Assembly: GCA_030700155.1 (NCBI GenBank) | Contig: JAUYJU010000027.1 | Span: forward strand, 5,954-69,953 | Direction of reading: 5' to 3' | DNA from: Candidatus Nanoarchaeia archaeon | GTDB taxonomy: Archaea; Nanobdellota; Nanobdellia; SCGC-AAA011-G17; JAUYJU01 | DNA: 64,000 nucleotides | The notes under the pieces: generated by a model | What the model was told of the DNA's origin: nothing | Database searches by the model: none | What the model saw: the letters and a program-made list of their open reading frames with translations, nothing else | Program-made: the position numbers and the translations under genes | In this document: positions 1 through 9,462 of the stretch, piece by piece | How the letters are laid out: the number at the start of each line of letters is the position of its first letter | Position numbering within the stretch: position 1 is the stretch's first letter

Positions 1-419
1 AATCCACGGATATAATCCATCAATTTCTTTTCTTTCTTAAAAGTTATAGCTTCAGTCTCTATTATAGTTTCATAATATTCTATATTACGTTTTAATTTAT
101 CAGGGTCTTGTTTAATATTATGTTCTTTCAGTACTTTTCTTCTTTCATAATACTCTTTATTATATTCATTAACAAGTTCTTTAACCTTAGAATTAAGTTC
201 GTCTCTTTTTTTATAGAATTCCAGCTGTTCTTTAGAAGATTTATCTCTAACGTCTCTTACTTGCTTGGATTGTGAAATTAGGTTGGCTATTCTTCTTTTC
301 AGGTTCTCTTTTCTTTCAAACCATTCTTCTCTTTCTTTGCCAACCTGATTAAGTTTCTCTCTAAGCAAAGCTATCTCTTTATCCAAAGCTTGCAGAGAAT
401 TGCTTTGTTCTTTGAACAT
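1..419 (-). CDS. Coiled-coil protein, N-terminal part only; the gene runs off the window start
   Basis: Reverse-strand ORF starting at ATG 419..417 and running to position 1. The translation is Lys/Glu-rich heptad-like sequence (MFKEQSNSLQALDKEIALLREKLNQ...). It lies directly downstream of L12 on the same strand. Confidence 0.4.
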   Translation of the reverse strand, partial: MFKEQSNSLQALDKEIALLREKLNQVGKEREEWFERKENLKRRIANLISQSKQVRDVRDKSSKEQLEFYKKRDELNSKVKELVNEYNKEYYERRKVLKEHNIKQDPDKLKRNIEYYETIIETEAITFKKEKKLMDYIRG

Positions 420-438
420 TTACAATCTCAAGGCCGGA

Positions 439-741
439 TTAGCCGAATAGGGCACCTAATCCAGCAGCAGCTGCTTCGACAGCTTTATTGTCGTCTTCTT
501 TCTTCTTTTCTTCCTTCTTTTGCTCTCCGCCTGCAGGTGCTCCACCACTAGGTGCAGCAGCAACTACAGCAGCTTCTTTGATTGCAGATTCAATATCTAC
601 ATCACTCAGAGCAGCAACAAGAGCTTTAACTCTTCCGTCATCTGCTTGAGCACCAGCTGCTTCAAGAACCTTTTTAACAGATCCTTCGTCTACTTTCTTT
701 CCTGCTTTGTGTAGCAAAAGTGCTGCGTATATGTATTGCAT
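439..741 (-). CDS. rpl12: 50S ribosomal protein L12 (P1 stalk protein)
   Basis: 100 aa. Has the MQYIYAALLLH N-terminus, an Ala/Gly/Pro hinge and an acidic EEKKKEDD...GLGALFG C-terminal tail typical of the archaeal P1 stalk protein. Confidence 0.9.
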   Translation of the reverse strand: MQYIYAALLLHKAGKKVDEGSVKKVLEAAGAQADDGRVKALVAALSDVDIESAIKEAAVVAAAPSGGAPAGGEQKKEEKKKEDDNKAVEAAAAGLGALFG

Positions 742-762
742 TGCCTTTTGTCCTCCTAAGTT

Positions 763-1962
763 TTAAATTTCCCCTCTGCTTTTTTTATCTTTTAATTGAT
801 TGATTATATCTCCAACACTCTTATTTTGATCAGGTATAACTCTTTTCTTTGTAACTAGATTATTTACACCTGGAGTTTTTGTTAATTTTGAATCTTGGAT
901 TTTTTTCAAAACATCTTGTGCAATCTTAACTTGATCATCCAAACTAGGCTCTGATACTGGAGGTTGAGGTTTTGGTTCAGGTTCAGGTGGACTAGGTTCT
1001 GGTGGTCTTGGCTCAGGTTTAGGTTCTGGCTCTGGCGGTTTTTCTGCAACTATCTTAGCTTCAGTCTTTGGAATATCAGCTTGAGGCTGAGGTTTAGGTT
1101 CTTCTTTAACTTGTGGAGTAGATTTTTCTACTTGAGCATCTTGTTTTGATACTTCTATATTACTTACAACCACATCAGTTTCAAAGTTTACTTTTTTAGC
1201 AACACCTTTAGCAGTTATTTGTGCTTTTTGAACAACAAGTTTCAATATCTCAGGATCTGGGTGTTCAATGAAAACAGCCAAGTTCCTTGCCCAAGTGAAT
1301 GCTTTCTTAATATTATCAACATATTCTTTTTCATCAATTCCAAATACATTTTTATCCAAAACTTCTCCAGATTGATATGTAGCAACTAAGTTCAAACCAA
1401 TTTCCATTGGTTCTACACCAAATTTAGCTAATAAATCTGAAACCTCAGTAGTTATTATTTGTCCAGTTTTAACTAAAATTTTACCTTCCTTTAGATTAAT
1501 CTTTCCTTCTTTTACTTCAGTTTTCAAACCTAATTTACCTAACTCTCCAATAATTGGACCAGGTGCAAAGGGAGTTGGACCAGCGTCAACACCTAAATCA
1601 TTAGGCGCTATCTGTCCTGCTTTTGCTGCAGCACTTGATTTATTTTTACTTATTTTTTTATACAAAGAGAACGGATTATCTTTACTAAAAACCAAAGAAG
1701 GCATTCCATTCAAGTAAGGTAATAATTTCTCAACATGAGGTTTATCTTTCAGCTGCTCTATAGCCTTTATGATAAATCTTCTTTTTGTAATTTTAGTCTT
1801 CATTATATTCTTCAAAGAAGTTCTTATCTTCATGAATTGTAAAGCTGGTAAATTCTGTAGATTAATAACTCCAATAACAGGATACTCATTGAACAGTCTA
1901 ATAATATCCTTTACTTCATCCTTCTTCCACTGTTGTATTATTGGCTCAGGTTTTTTACTCAT
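763..1962 (-). CDS. rplP0: 50S ribosomal protein L10 (acidic P0) with a long Pro/Glu/Lys-rich C-terminal extension
   Basis: The N-terminal 300 aa align by eye with archaeal P0 (RLFNEYPVIGVINLQNLPALQFMKIR...). Gene order is L1-L10-L12. The C-terminus carries PEPEPKPEPRPPEPSPPEPEPKPQPP repeats. Confidence 0.85.
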   Translation of the reverse strand: MSKKPEPIIQQWKKDEVKDIIRLFNEYPVIGVINLQNLPALQFMKIRTSLKNIMKTKITKRRFIIKAIEQLKDKPHVEKLLPYLNGMPSLVFSKDNPFSLYKKISKNKSSAAAKAGQIAPNDLGVDAGPTPFAPGPIIGELGKLGLKTEVKEGKINLKEGKILVKTGQIITTEVSDLLAKFGVEPMEIGLNLVATYQSGEVLDKNVFGIDEKEYVDNIKKAFTWARNLAVFIEHPDPEILKLVVQKAQITAKGVAKKVNFETDVVVSNIEVSKQDAQVEKSTPQVKEEPKPQPQADIPKTEAKIVAEKPPEPEPKPEPRPPEPSPPEPEPKPQPPVSEPSLDDQVKIAQDVLKKIQDSKLTKTPGVNNLVTKKRVIPDQNKSVGDIINQLKDKKSRGEI

Positions 1963-2612
1963 TTTTCCTTAACCTCAATTGGTTTGCTCATTGTTAATTT
2001 TACTAAAACATTTTTGATATTTTCTTTACCCTGTGGCAAGGCATTTAAAATTGAGGTATAAACTAAATTCAAATTATCAGCAATATCTTCGTCCTTCATC
2101 TTTTCTGTACCAACAGCAGTTTTTATTGTAAGTTCATTTTTAGTTTCTAGTTTTGCAATTTTTTGTAATCTTTCAACTAAGGGTTTTAAGTCTGCAGTAG
2201 GCGGAACTACACATCCTGCTTTTGGATTAGGCATTTTTCCAAGAGGACCTAGAACTTTACCGAAAGCCATTGCTACCTGTGGCATTATTGTAGCTTGAGC
2301 AATGAAAAAATCTACTTTCTTAGCTAATACTTTAGTCTTTTTCTTATCATATTCTGCAAATTCTTCTTTAACTAAAACTACATCGCAGCTAGCTTTAGCT
2401 TTTGTTGAAAGTTCTTTATCAACTAAAGCGCCAACAGAAACTTTCTTTCCTTTGTTATGTGGTAAATTTACAAAAATAGATATTTTATTATCTTCTTTTT
2501 TCAAATCTAACTGTCTAAGATTTATAACTATATCAAAAGTCTGATCAAACTTCCTTTTAGAAGCAGTTTCTCTTAATTGTTTTATTGCATTAACGAAGTG
2601 ATTTTTTTCCAT
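1959..2612 (-). CDS. rpl1: 50S ribosomal protein L1
   Basis: 217 aa with the L1 family pattern (FDQTFDIVINL..., GKMPNPKAGCVVPP). Its stop overlaps the L10 start by 4 nt. Confidence 0.9.
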   Translation of the reverse strand: MEKNHFVNAIKQLRETASKRKFDQTFDIVINLRQLDLKKEDNKISIFVNLPHNKGKKVSVGALVDKELSTKAKASCDVVLVKEEFAEYDKKKTKVLAKKVDFFIAQATIMPQVAMAFGKVLGPLGKMPNPKAGCVVPPTADLKPLVERLQKIAKLETKNELTIKTAVGTEKMKDEDIADNLNLVYTSILNALPQGKENIKNVLVKLTMSKPIEVKEK

Positions 2613-2831
2613 TAACTCCCTCCTACTTTATGTAGTACAAATGGGTATCTAAATGGTAATTATAGCCTTTATAAATTTAATGGTAAAAAAGACCTTAAGA
2701 GCCTAAGAAAAAAGGCTCCCAGGTCGAGGTGAAATGGCTACTGCCATTGGCTAGAAATCTATGAAAGACGAACATATTATTAAAGCTTTCTCAAGAAACA
2801 TAAAAACTGCATTTAAACCTACCTAGTAAGC

Positions 2832-3365
2832 CTAAAATACCAAATCTCTACCATATCTAAGCTTACAAATATAAAGGCTTTCAAAGAATATTTTCTTCTC
2901 AGAAAGCTTCTCGTAACCATAATTTTGCTCCTCTAATACCTTAAAAACATCTCCAGAAAGACTGCTGAAAACAATTAAAATAATTCCATTTTCTTTCAAA
3001 TAACTTTTAGCTTCTTTTAAAAAACGTTCAATGATCTCATGACCTTTTTTTCCACCAGTTGTAACAATTCTGCTTTCCTCATCTTCAGCTTCGTCTAATG
3101 GTAAATAAGGTGGATTAAATACAATTAAATCAAATTTCCCTTTAACCTTCTCAAATAAATCTGATTGATAAGCCTTAACTCCTTTTGATTTAACATATTC
3201 AACTGCTTCTAAATTAATATCACAAGCTTCAACATCATCAGTTTTTTCTAAAGCTGCTAAAGCTTGTAATCCAGATCCAGTTCCTACGTCAAGGACTCTT
3301 CCAGTTGCAAATTTTCTTACCTGTTCCTGTAACAAGAAAGAATCTTCTCTTGGTTCATATATCAT
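2832..3365 (-). CDS. SAM-dependent methyltransferase, HemK/Mtq2-like (N5-glutamine MTase family)
   Basis: Has a VLDVGTGSG SAM-binding motif I and the NPPY motif IV. At 177 aa it is a small stand-alone methyltransferase. Confidence 0.6.
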   Translation of the reverse strand: MIYEPREDSFLLQEQVRKFATGRVLDVGTGSGLQALAALEKTDDVEACDINLEAVEYVKSKGVKAYQSDLFEKVKGKFDLIVFNPPYLPLDEAEDEESRIVTTGGKKGHEIIERFLKEAKSYLKENGIILIVFSSLSGDVFKVLEEQNYGYEKLSEKKIFFESLYICKLRYGRDLVF

Positions 3366-3984
3366 GCCTCAACCCTGGAAAATAAGGCTTATAAATGTAG
3401 TGCATTATACTAAAGCTATGAAAGTCATCTTAGAACATATGGAAAAAGAAGTATTCAAATGGTGTCAAATTGAATACAAACATATTTCTAAAATCATTGG
3501 AAAAGACAATTTAATTTTTACTAACATCCAAAAAAAATATAAAAATAAATTAAATAATTTAGGAGAAGTGAACACAAAAAGTGTCAAAGGCTTAAATATT
3601 AAAAGATTATGCGTTCTAGATCCTCGAGCAAAAAAAGTTCTTTCTCCAGAAGACGGTAAACTTTTTGATTATTTTGTTTTTGGAGGAATTCTTGGTTCAG
3701 AAATTATGGGCGGCAGAACTAAAAAAGAACTAAAAATTCATGGAGTAGCAAGAAGGAATCTAGGTAAAGTACAAATGCCAACAGATATAGCTGTATTGGT
3801 TACAAAAAAAATAATAAAAAATAAAATACCTTTTTCAAAACTTAAGTTTAAAGATGAGATTGAAATTCCAATAAAGAGAGGTATATCAACAATACTCCCT
3901 TACAGATATCTTATAGAAAAAGGAAAAGTAATTTTAGCTCCAGGACTTAAAGATTACCTTAGAAAAGAAGACTCATTTGACTAA
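3364..3984 (+). CDS. Hypothetical protein (possibly an RNA-modification enzyme; family not recognised)
   Basis: 206-aa ORF with tight packing against its neighbours. I see no diagnostic motif. It sits next to a pseudouridine synthase gene. Confidence 0.3.
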   Translation: MPQPWKIRLINVVHYTKAMKVILEHMEKEVFKWCQIEYKHISKIIGKDNLIFTNIQKKYKNKLNNLGEVNTKSVKGLNIKRLCVLDPRAKKVLSPEDGKLFDYFVFGGILGSEIMGGRTKKELKIHGVARRNLGKVQMPTDIAVLVTKKIIKNKIPFSKLKFKDEIEIPIKRGISTILPYRYLIEKGKVILAPGLKDYLRKEDSFD

Positions 3985-4905
3985 TTTATCCAAAACTTTT
4001 TTTAGGTCGTCAGGCAAGTTAGAAATAATTTCTATGTCTTTTCTGTTTTTTGGGTGTTTAAAAATTAATTTATGAGAATGCAAGAATTGTCTTCTTAATC
4101 CTAAACTCTTGAATTCATCATTTGTTTTTTCATCCCCATAAGAATCATCCCCAACGATCGGATGTCCTATTGCTGCCATATGCACCCTTATCTGATGCGT
4201 TCTTCCAGTTAATAATTCGGCCTCAATTAAGGAATAATCACCATAATTTTTAATTAAATTATATTTAGTTACAGATTCTTTACCTTCTTCAGATAACTTA
4301 ACTTTAAATTCATGTCCTAAACGTGTCTTCAGTAATTTTTCATCAACAATTCCGGATTTTACTCTGCCCTTAACTAAAGCAATATAACATTTCGTGATTT
4401 CATTATTGGCCATCTGTTTATTCAAGTGCTTCAATGATTCAAAAGTCTTACCTACAATCAAAGCTCCTGAAGTTCCCTTATCCAATCTATTAATAAACGA
4501 AGGTCTAAATGTTAAATTTTTAACAAAATTTAGATAATGTAAAACTTCATCAATCAAAGTATGGCTTTTTATTCCAGAAGCACCATGAGTAGATAATCCT
4601 GCAGGTTTATCCACAACTAAAAGGTCTTTATCTTCATACAAAATACTAAAATTAATTTTTGAAATTTTAAACTTCTTCCTTTCCTCACTGGTTAATTCTT
4701 GATATTGTTCGTCATTTAAAAATATTTTAACTTCATCATTTAACTTCAAAAAATATTCGGGTTTAACCTTTTTAGAATTTACTTTTATTTTACCTAACCT
4801 TAATAATTTATAAATTTGAGATAAAGAAGCTTTCCATAATAATTTTCTAAGAAATTTATCAGTTCTCTGTCCAGACTCATTCTTTCCTAAAATTAGTTTT
4901 TTCAT
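3973..4905 (-). CDS. RluA-family pseudouridine synthase with an N-terminal S4-like domain
   Basis: Has the HQIRVHMAAIGHPIVGDDSYG catalytic region typical of RluA/RluD. 310 aa. Confidence 0.8.
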   Translation of the reverse strand: MKKLILGKNESGQRTDKFLRKLLWKASLSQIYKLLRLGKIKVNSKKVKPEYFLKLNDEVKIFLNDEQYQELTSEERKKFKISKINFSILYEDKDLLVVDKPAGLSTHGASGIKSHTLIDEVLHYLNFVKNLTFRPSFINRLDKGTSGALIVGKTFESLKHLNKQMANNEITKCYIALVKGRVKSGIVDEKLLKTRLGHEFKVKLSEEGKESVTKYNLIKNYGDYSLIEAELLTGRTHQIRVHMAAIGHPIVGDDSYGDEKTNDEFKSLGLRRQFLHSHKLIFKHPKNRKDIEIISNLPDDLKKVLDKLVK

Positions 4906-5357
4906 TTAACAGCTTTAAAATATTCTTTAACTCTAGAAACAACGCTCTTAATAAGATATTCTTCGATTTTAGAATCAAACAAGACATGCAAATCTTCAAA
5001 TTCAGTTATCCTATACTCATTTTTTATCTTTTCTGCAATAAGTAAATCTCTTAATCTTTTAAGTTGTCTTCTTATATTACTTCCGGCAACACCTTTTAAA
5101 TTAAGTTTATTTTTTTTCCTAAGGTTAATTACTTCATCTTTTACTTGTTCAGAGTTCATCATTAATTTTTTTACTTTGGCATCTAATAATGCATGTAAAA
5201 CATCAACAACAACATCTCTCGAATCACCAGGTTGTAAAAGTCCAGTAGATAGACAAAGCTTTCTTATCAAATCCCTTCTAGACATATCATAAGGTTTCTC
5301 ATAACGTCTGAAAGTAAATTCAGAGAGGGGTAAATCCCTTGAGATAGTTTTTGGCAT
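4902..5357 (-). CDS. Hypothetical protein, possibly a winged-helix DNA-binding protein
   Basis: 151 aa. Overlaps the downstream gene by 4 nt, suggesting an operon. No strong motif. Confidence 0.3.
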   Translation of the reverse strand: MPKTISRDLPLSEFTFRRYEKPYDMSRRDLIRKLCLSTGLLQPGDSRDVVVDVLHALLDAKVKKLMMNSEQVKDEVINLRKKNKLNLKGVAGSNIRRQLKRLRDLLIAEKIKNEYRITEFEDLHVLFDSKIEEYLIKSVVSRVKEYFKAVK

Positions 5358-5441
5358 AGCCTAAAAATATCTATCAGATTTAAAAACCTTTTGAATTTTG
5401 AACAGAAAACGTTTATATACAGTGGTAACAACGAATTTCAC

Positions 5442-6425
5442 ATGAGAAAATTAACTTTACTCTTATTAGTATTATTCCTAATAGGATGTCAAACTCAAAT
5501 AGTTCAAAATGGAGTTACAGAAGAATTTATTGAAGTTGCAAATAAAGTGATTCCTGCTGTAGTCTCAATAGATGCAGGAGAAGCAACAGGTTCGGGGTTC
5601 ATAATCAATAATGAAGGTCATATTATTACTAATTATCATGTCATAAGGAATCGTGATGATATTAGAATTTATTTGGCTGACAAAAGAATATTCTCAGCAA
5701 AAGTTATTGGTTTTGATGAAGAAACAGATGTAGCCCTAATAAAGATAGAAGGCAAAGATTTACCAATTATAGCATTTGGAGATTCTAATTTACTTATGGT
5801 AGGACAAAAAGTAGCAGCAGTCGGTAGTCCATTTGGTTTAGAATCAACAATAACTACAGGAATAATTAGTGCTAAGCATAGGACAAGAGGAAGAACAATT
5901 TACAGAGATTTTATACAAACAGATGCAAACGTCAATCCTGGGAATTCAGGAGGACCACTGGTTAACTTAAATGGCGAAGTTATTGGTATGAATACTTTCA
6001 TATTAGCACAATCAGAAGGTTTAGGATTCTCAATACCTTCAAACTTAATTAAAAAAATTGTAGAATCTTTATTAGAAAACGGAAATATAACTCGTGGTTA
6101 TCTTGGAGTACAAGCAACTAATCTAATACAGGTTAATGAAGAAGGAAATGGTAAAATATTAAGTGGAGCATTGATAAAAAGTGTACAAAAAAACGCACCA
6201 GCAGATACAGCAGGAATACTTCCTGGAGATGTTATTAAAAAAGTAGGAAATTTAGAAATTGAAAATGCAAATCAGCTTCAAAATGAAGTTGCATGGTTAG
6301 AGATAGGATCAACTATTCAGTTAACTATTGATAGACCAACTGAAAAAGAAGGATTCCAGGAAATTTTATTGAACTTAACAATTGGAACAAGACCAGATTT
6401 CAATGAGGATAATCAAGAAGAATAA
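5442..6425 (+). CDS. htrA: HtrA/DegP-type trypsin-like serine protease with a C-terminal PDZ domain; probable lipoprotein
   Basis: Contains the GNSGGPL catalytic serine motif and the TNYHV histidine region. The likely true start is MRKLTLLLLVLFLIGCQ at 5442, which gives a signal peptide plus an L-I-G-C lipobox. The ORF track starts 51 nt earlier. Confidence 0.85.
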   Translation: MRKLTLLLLVLFLIGCQTQIVQNGVTEEFIEVANKVIPAVVSIDAGEATGSGFIINNEGHIITNYHVIRNRDDIRIYLADKRIFSAKVIGFDEETDVALIKIEGKDLPIIAFGDSNLLMVGQKVAAVGSPFGLESTITTGIISAKHRTRGRTIYRDFIQTDANVNPGNSGGPLVNLNGEVIGMNTFILAQSEGLGFSIPSNLIKKIVESLLENGNITRGYLGVQATNLIQVNEEGNGKILSGALIKSVQKNAPADTAGILPGDVIKKVGNLEIENANQLQNEVAWLEIGSTIQLTIDRPTEKEGFQEILLNLTIGTRPDFNEDNQEE

Positions 6426-6457
6426 AACTTATATAGTTTCTAAATTATTTTAACTCA

Positions 6458-6814
6458 ATGACGGAGTTAGTAGCATGTTTATCAACAGGAAAGGGTACTT
6501 GGGGTCATGTTTCTAGGCTTATTCAAGAAAAACCATGGGATAAGGTAATTCTAATAACCAACGAATATGGTAAGGAAAACTTCAATAAAGATGACAAAAC
6601 AGAGTTTATTGTTATCAACGCAAATCGTGGTATAAGTGAACTAAGGGATGAAATACAAGAAAAACTAAAAGCAATCGTCAAAGGAACAGAAGTTGCAGTA
6701 AATTTTGTTTCAGGAACAGGTAAGGAACATATGGCCTTAGTATCCGCACTGTTAAGACTAGGTGTTGGAATAAGATTTATAGCTTTGACAAAAGATGGAG
6801 CCCAAGAATTATAG
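6458..6814 (+). CDS. Hypothetical protein
   Basis: 118-aa ORF with no recognised motif, immediately upstream of orc1/cdc6. Confidence 0.3.
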   Translation: MTELVACLSTGKGTWGHVSRLIQEKPWDKVILITNEYGKENFNKDDKTEFIVINANRGISELRDEIQEKLKAIVKGTEVAVNFVSGTGKEHMALVSALLRLGVGIRFIALTKDGAQEL

Positions 6815-6849
6815 TAAATTATTTATAGCTAATTAACTTTTTTAATAAT

Positions 6850-7908
6850 ATGGGGATATTTAAAGATATATTATCAAATTCAGAATCTTTGTTCTTAAAT
6901 GAAGATGCATTAGACTCAGATTATACTCCCCCAATAATAAAATACAGGGAAAATCAGCAAGCATATGTAGCCAATTGCATAAAACCTCTATTGATGGGAA
7001 GAAGCGGGAAAAATCTTTTCATAAGCGGCAGTCCAGGAATAGGAAAAACAGTAGCTGTTACACATATATTAAATGAACTTAAAAATGAAACAGAAGAAAT
7101 AGAAACTATCTACATAAATTGTTGGAAAAAAGATACCGCTTACAAAGTAATGCTTGAAATTTGCAATCAAATAAATTATAGATTTACACAAAATAGGAGC
7201 ACAGATGAATTGCTTCAGTCTATAACAAAGATTCTTAACAAAAGCGGTGTTGTAATTGTTTTAGATGAAGCTGACAAACTAACAGAGAACTCAGTTATCT
7301 ATAGTTTGCTTGAAGATTTATACAAAAAAACCATAATTCTTATTGCAAACGACAAAACATGGTTATCAGATTTAGATGAAAGAATAAGATCAAGACTTAT
7401 GCCAGAAATTTTAGAGTTTAATGCTTACAATGCTGAAGAAACTTCAGGAATACTAAAACAAAGAATAGAATTTGCACTAGTACCTAATATCTTAGAAAAT
7501 GAAGCATTTGAATTAATTTCAAAAAAGACTTATGAGGCAAGAGATATAAGGTCAGGTTTATTTCTTCTAAAAGAAGCTGCTAACTCAGCAGAATCAGAAT
7601 CTTCAAAAAGAATAAGAATAGCTCACGCTAATAAAGCAGTCGAAAAACTAAATGAATTTCACATTAAAAAATCAGAAGAGTTCACAGAAGAAGAACTAAA
7701 AATTCTTGATTTTATCAAGGTTAATTCTGGAAAAGCTATGGGGGATATACATAAAGAATACGAAAAACAAAGCTCTATGCCTTATAGGACTTTTTTTAGA
7801 AAAATAAAATTATTAGAAAAAGCAAGAAGAATAAGCCTCCATAATGAAGGTATTGGAAAGGTTACTAAAGTAATTTATGGCAGTGAAAAAAAGATAAGCG
7901 ACTTCTAA
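6850..7908 (+). CDS. cdc6: Orc1/Cdc6 replication initiator (AAA+ ATPase plus C-terminal winged helix)
   Basis: Walker A motif LFISGSPGIGKT and Walker B motif IVLDEAD. The size (352 aa) and C-terminal winged-helix region fit the Orc1/Cdc6 family. Confidence 0.85.
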   Translation: MGIFKDILSNSESLFLNEDALDSDYTPPIIKYRENQQAYVANCIKPLLMGRSGKNLFISGSPGIGKTVAVTHILNELKNETEEIETIYINCWKKDTAYKVMLEICNQINYRFTQNRSTDELLQSITKILNKSGVVIVLDEADKLTENSVIYSLLEDLYKKTIILIANDKTWLSDLDERIRSRLMPEILEFNAYNAEETSGILKQRIEFALVPNILENEAFELISKKTYEARDIRSGLFLLKEAANSAESESSKRIRIAHANKAVEKLNEFHIKKSEEFTEEELKILDFIKVNSGKAMGDIHKEYEKQSSMPYRTFFRKIKLLEKARRISLHNEGIGKVTKVIYGSEKKISDF

Positions 7909-7936
7909 TATATTCTATAAACTATATATTCTATCC

Positions 7937-7958
7937 GTTGCCACCTTGCCAACCGCAC
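7937..7958. repeat. 22-bp motif GTTGCCACCTTGCCAACCGCAC, copy 1 (exact second copy at 60957..60978)
   Basis: Exact 22/22 match between the two loci. Flanking similarity extends the match to about 34 bp (tatatt(t)tcta.c.GTTGCC...GCAC.c). Confidence 0.7.
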
Positions 7959-8006
7959 GCATAGCCTACTTAAGAAAGAACCACCTATCATATCTTAACA
8001 AAGGAG

Positions 8007-8207
8007 GTGTCAGAAATGACCAAACAAAAAAACCCACAAGAACCATTGGAGGAATTCAGTAGACGCATAAGGAATTACGATTCACTCAATTTCCTTAAAG
8101 AAAGATCTATTCTCACTCATATCATGAATGAACTTGTAAAAGTAGATCCACAAACTATAGCTGAAATAACAAGTAAACAGCTTCAAGCTCTGCCAATTAG
8201 GAGGTAA
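8007..8207 (+). CDS. Hypothetical small protein
   Basis: 66-aa ORF preceded by a GGAGG ribosome-binding site. A second 39-aa ORF follows directly at 8210..8329. Confidence 0.25.
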   Translation: MSEMTKQKNPQEPLEEFSRRIRNYDSLNFLKERSILTHIMNELVKVDPQTIAEITSKQLQALPIRR

Positions 8208-8331
8208 AAATGAAAACTAAGGAATATGATATTTACCACGAAAGAGAGCTAATCAATTTGCTTGAAGATGACGAGATATCCTCATCAGAAGCAGCATTCA
8301 TGGAAGGCTACAATAAAGCCTTTTTTTAATT

Positions 8332-8796
8332 TTATATTAATTCTATGTCTTCCACCCTAAGGTCACCGTTAGCCATGACGTGTTCTCCAACTTTGGGGTG
8401 GAAAGATTTTTTCTTGCATTCTAAAGTAAATGTAAATTTTCCAGTGTCAATATCGAACTTAATGTTTCCATTATCTAATTCGTCCTCAGCCAAAACTTCT
8501 CCAGAAACTTCTGCTTCATAGGTAGCCTCTTTCTGAATTAATTTTCGTTCAGCAGCTTCATTTATTTTGAAAGTTTTTTCATAAGGGACAAACACAATAT
8601 TACAATTAATCGACCTTGATTTATATAATAACAAATCTTTTTTACTGATTGCGCCTAATGGTTCATCCGGAAAATCAGAATCACAATTCAAGACAAATCC
8701 ATCATCAGTTTCAAGAGTAAGTTGTGCTGTGATAATCTTACCATTATCCATAGCATCAGGAGTTATATCTAAAATTTTTAATTTTTCAGTTGGCAT
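8332..8796 (-). CDS. Hypothetical protein
   Basis: 154-aa ORF with no recognised motif. Confidence 0.35.
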   Translation of the reverse strand: MPTEKLKILDITPDAMDNGKIITAQLTLETDDGFVLNCDSDFPDEPLGAISKKDLLLYKSRSINCNIVFVPYEKTFKINEAAERKLIQKEATYEAEVSGEVLAEDELDNGNIKFDIDTGKFTFTLECKKKSFHPKVGEHVMANGDLRVEDIELI

Positions 8797-8871
8797 AGCT
8801 ATTGAACTATTCTATTATTTAAAAAGTTATCTATGGTAAACTATAAAAAACAGGCTAACAACCATTATTGT

Positions 8872-9462
8872 ATGAAAATATTAGCTTTTACAGACATTCA
8901 TGAAAATAAGATAAAGATAGATCAAATAATCAAAAAAGCAAAAGAAGTTGATCTTCTAATCTGCTGTGGAGATTTTACTTGGTTTGGAAATGATACAGAA
9001 GGTGTAATCTCAAAAATAGCTAAAACAAAAAAACCATGGATTCTTCTTTATGGTAATCATGAGAGTCCAAAAGAAGTAGAAAAAATAGCCAAGAAATATG
9101 ATAATGTTATATTTTTAGATGATGAGCTATATACTTTTGGAGATTTCCAATTTTTTGCTCATGGTGGAGGAGGATTTTCTTATAGGGATAAAGTTTTAGA
9201 GTCTAAAGTAAAAGATTTAAAGAAAAAATTAGATAAAAAGAAAAGATTAATTTTCTTAACTCATGCTCCACCATACGGAACTAAACTTGACATTATGCCA
9301 TTCCCAGGCCATGTAGGATGCCAATCAATAACTAAGGCGATACTGGAATTACAACCCATATTGTACATGTGTGGCCATATACACGAATGTGAAGGTAACA
9401 AAGATAAAATAGGAAAAACGTTAGCTTTAAATCCAGGAAGGGGAAAGGTAATTATAATATGA
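8872..9462 (+). CDS. Calcineurin-like metallophosphoesterase
   Basis: The motif order (ILAFTDIHEN, CCGDFT, GNHE, THAPP, GHIHE) matches the metallophosphoesterase signature. The likely start is MKILAF at 8872. Confidence 0.75.
   Translation: MKILAFTDIHENKIKIDQIIKKAKEVDLLICCGDFTWFGNDTEGVISKIAKTKKPWILLYGNHESPKEVEKIAKKYDNVIFLDDELYTFGDFQFFAHGGGGFSYRDKVLESKVKDLKKKLDKKKRLIFLTHAPPYGTKLDIMPFPGHVGCQSITKAILELQPILYMCGHIHECEGNKDKIGKTLALNPGRGKVIII

Noticed and set aside
520-714. 64-aa plus-strand ORF
   Set aside because: It is antisense to, and entirely inside, the well-supported L12 gene. Its composition is low-complexity Ser/Cys/Asn, typical of antisense frames in AT-rich DNA.
964-1149. 61-aa plus-strand ORF rich in Trp/Phe/Arg
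   Set aside because: Antisense reading of the Pro/Glu-repeat region of L10.
763-1962. Possibility that the long L10 C-terminal extension is a frameshift artefact
   Set aside because: The extension ends in the conserved acidic stalk tail shared with L12 (…DDNKAVEAAAAGLGALFG-like context). The reading frame is therefore probably genuine. It is kept as a finding rather than as an error.
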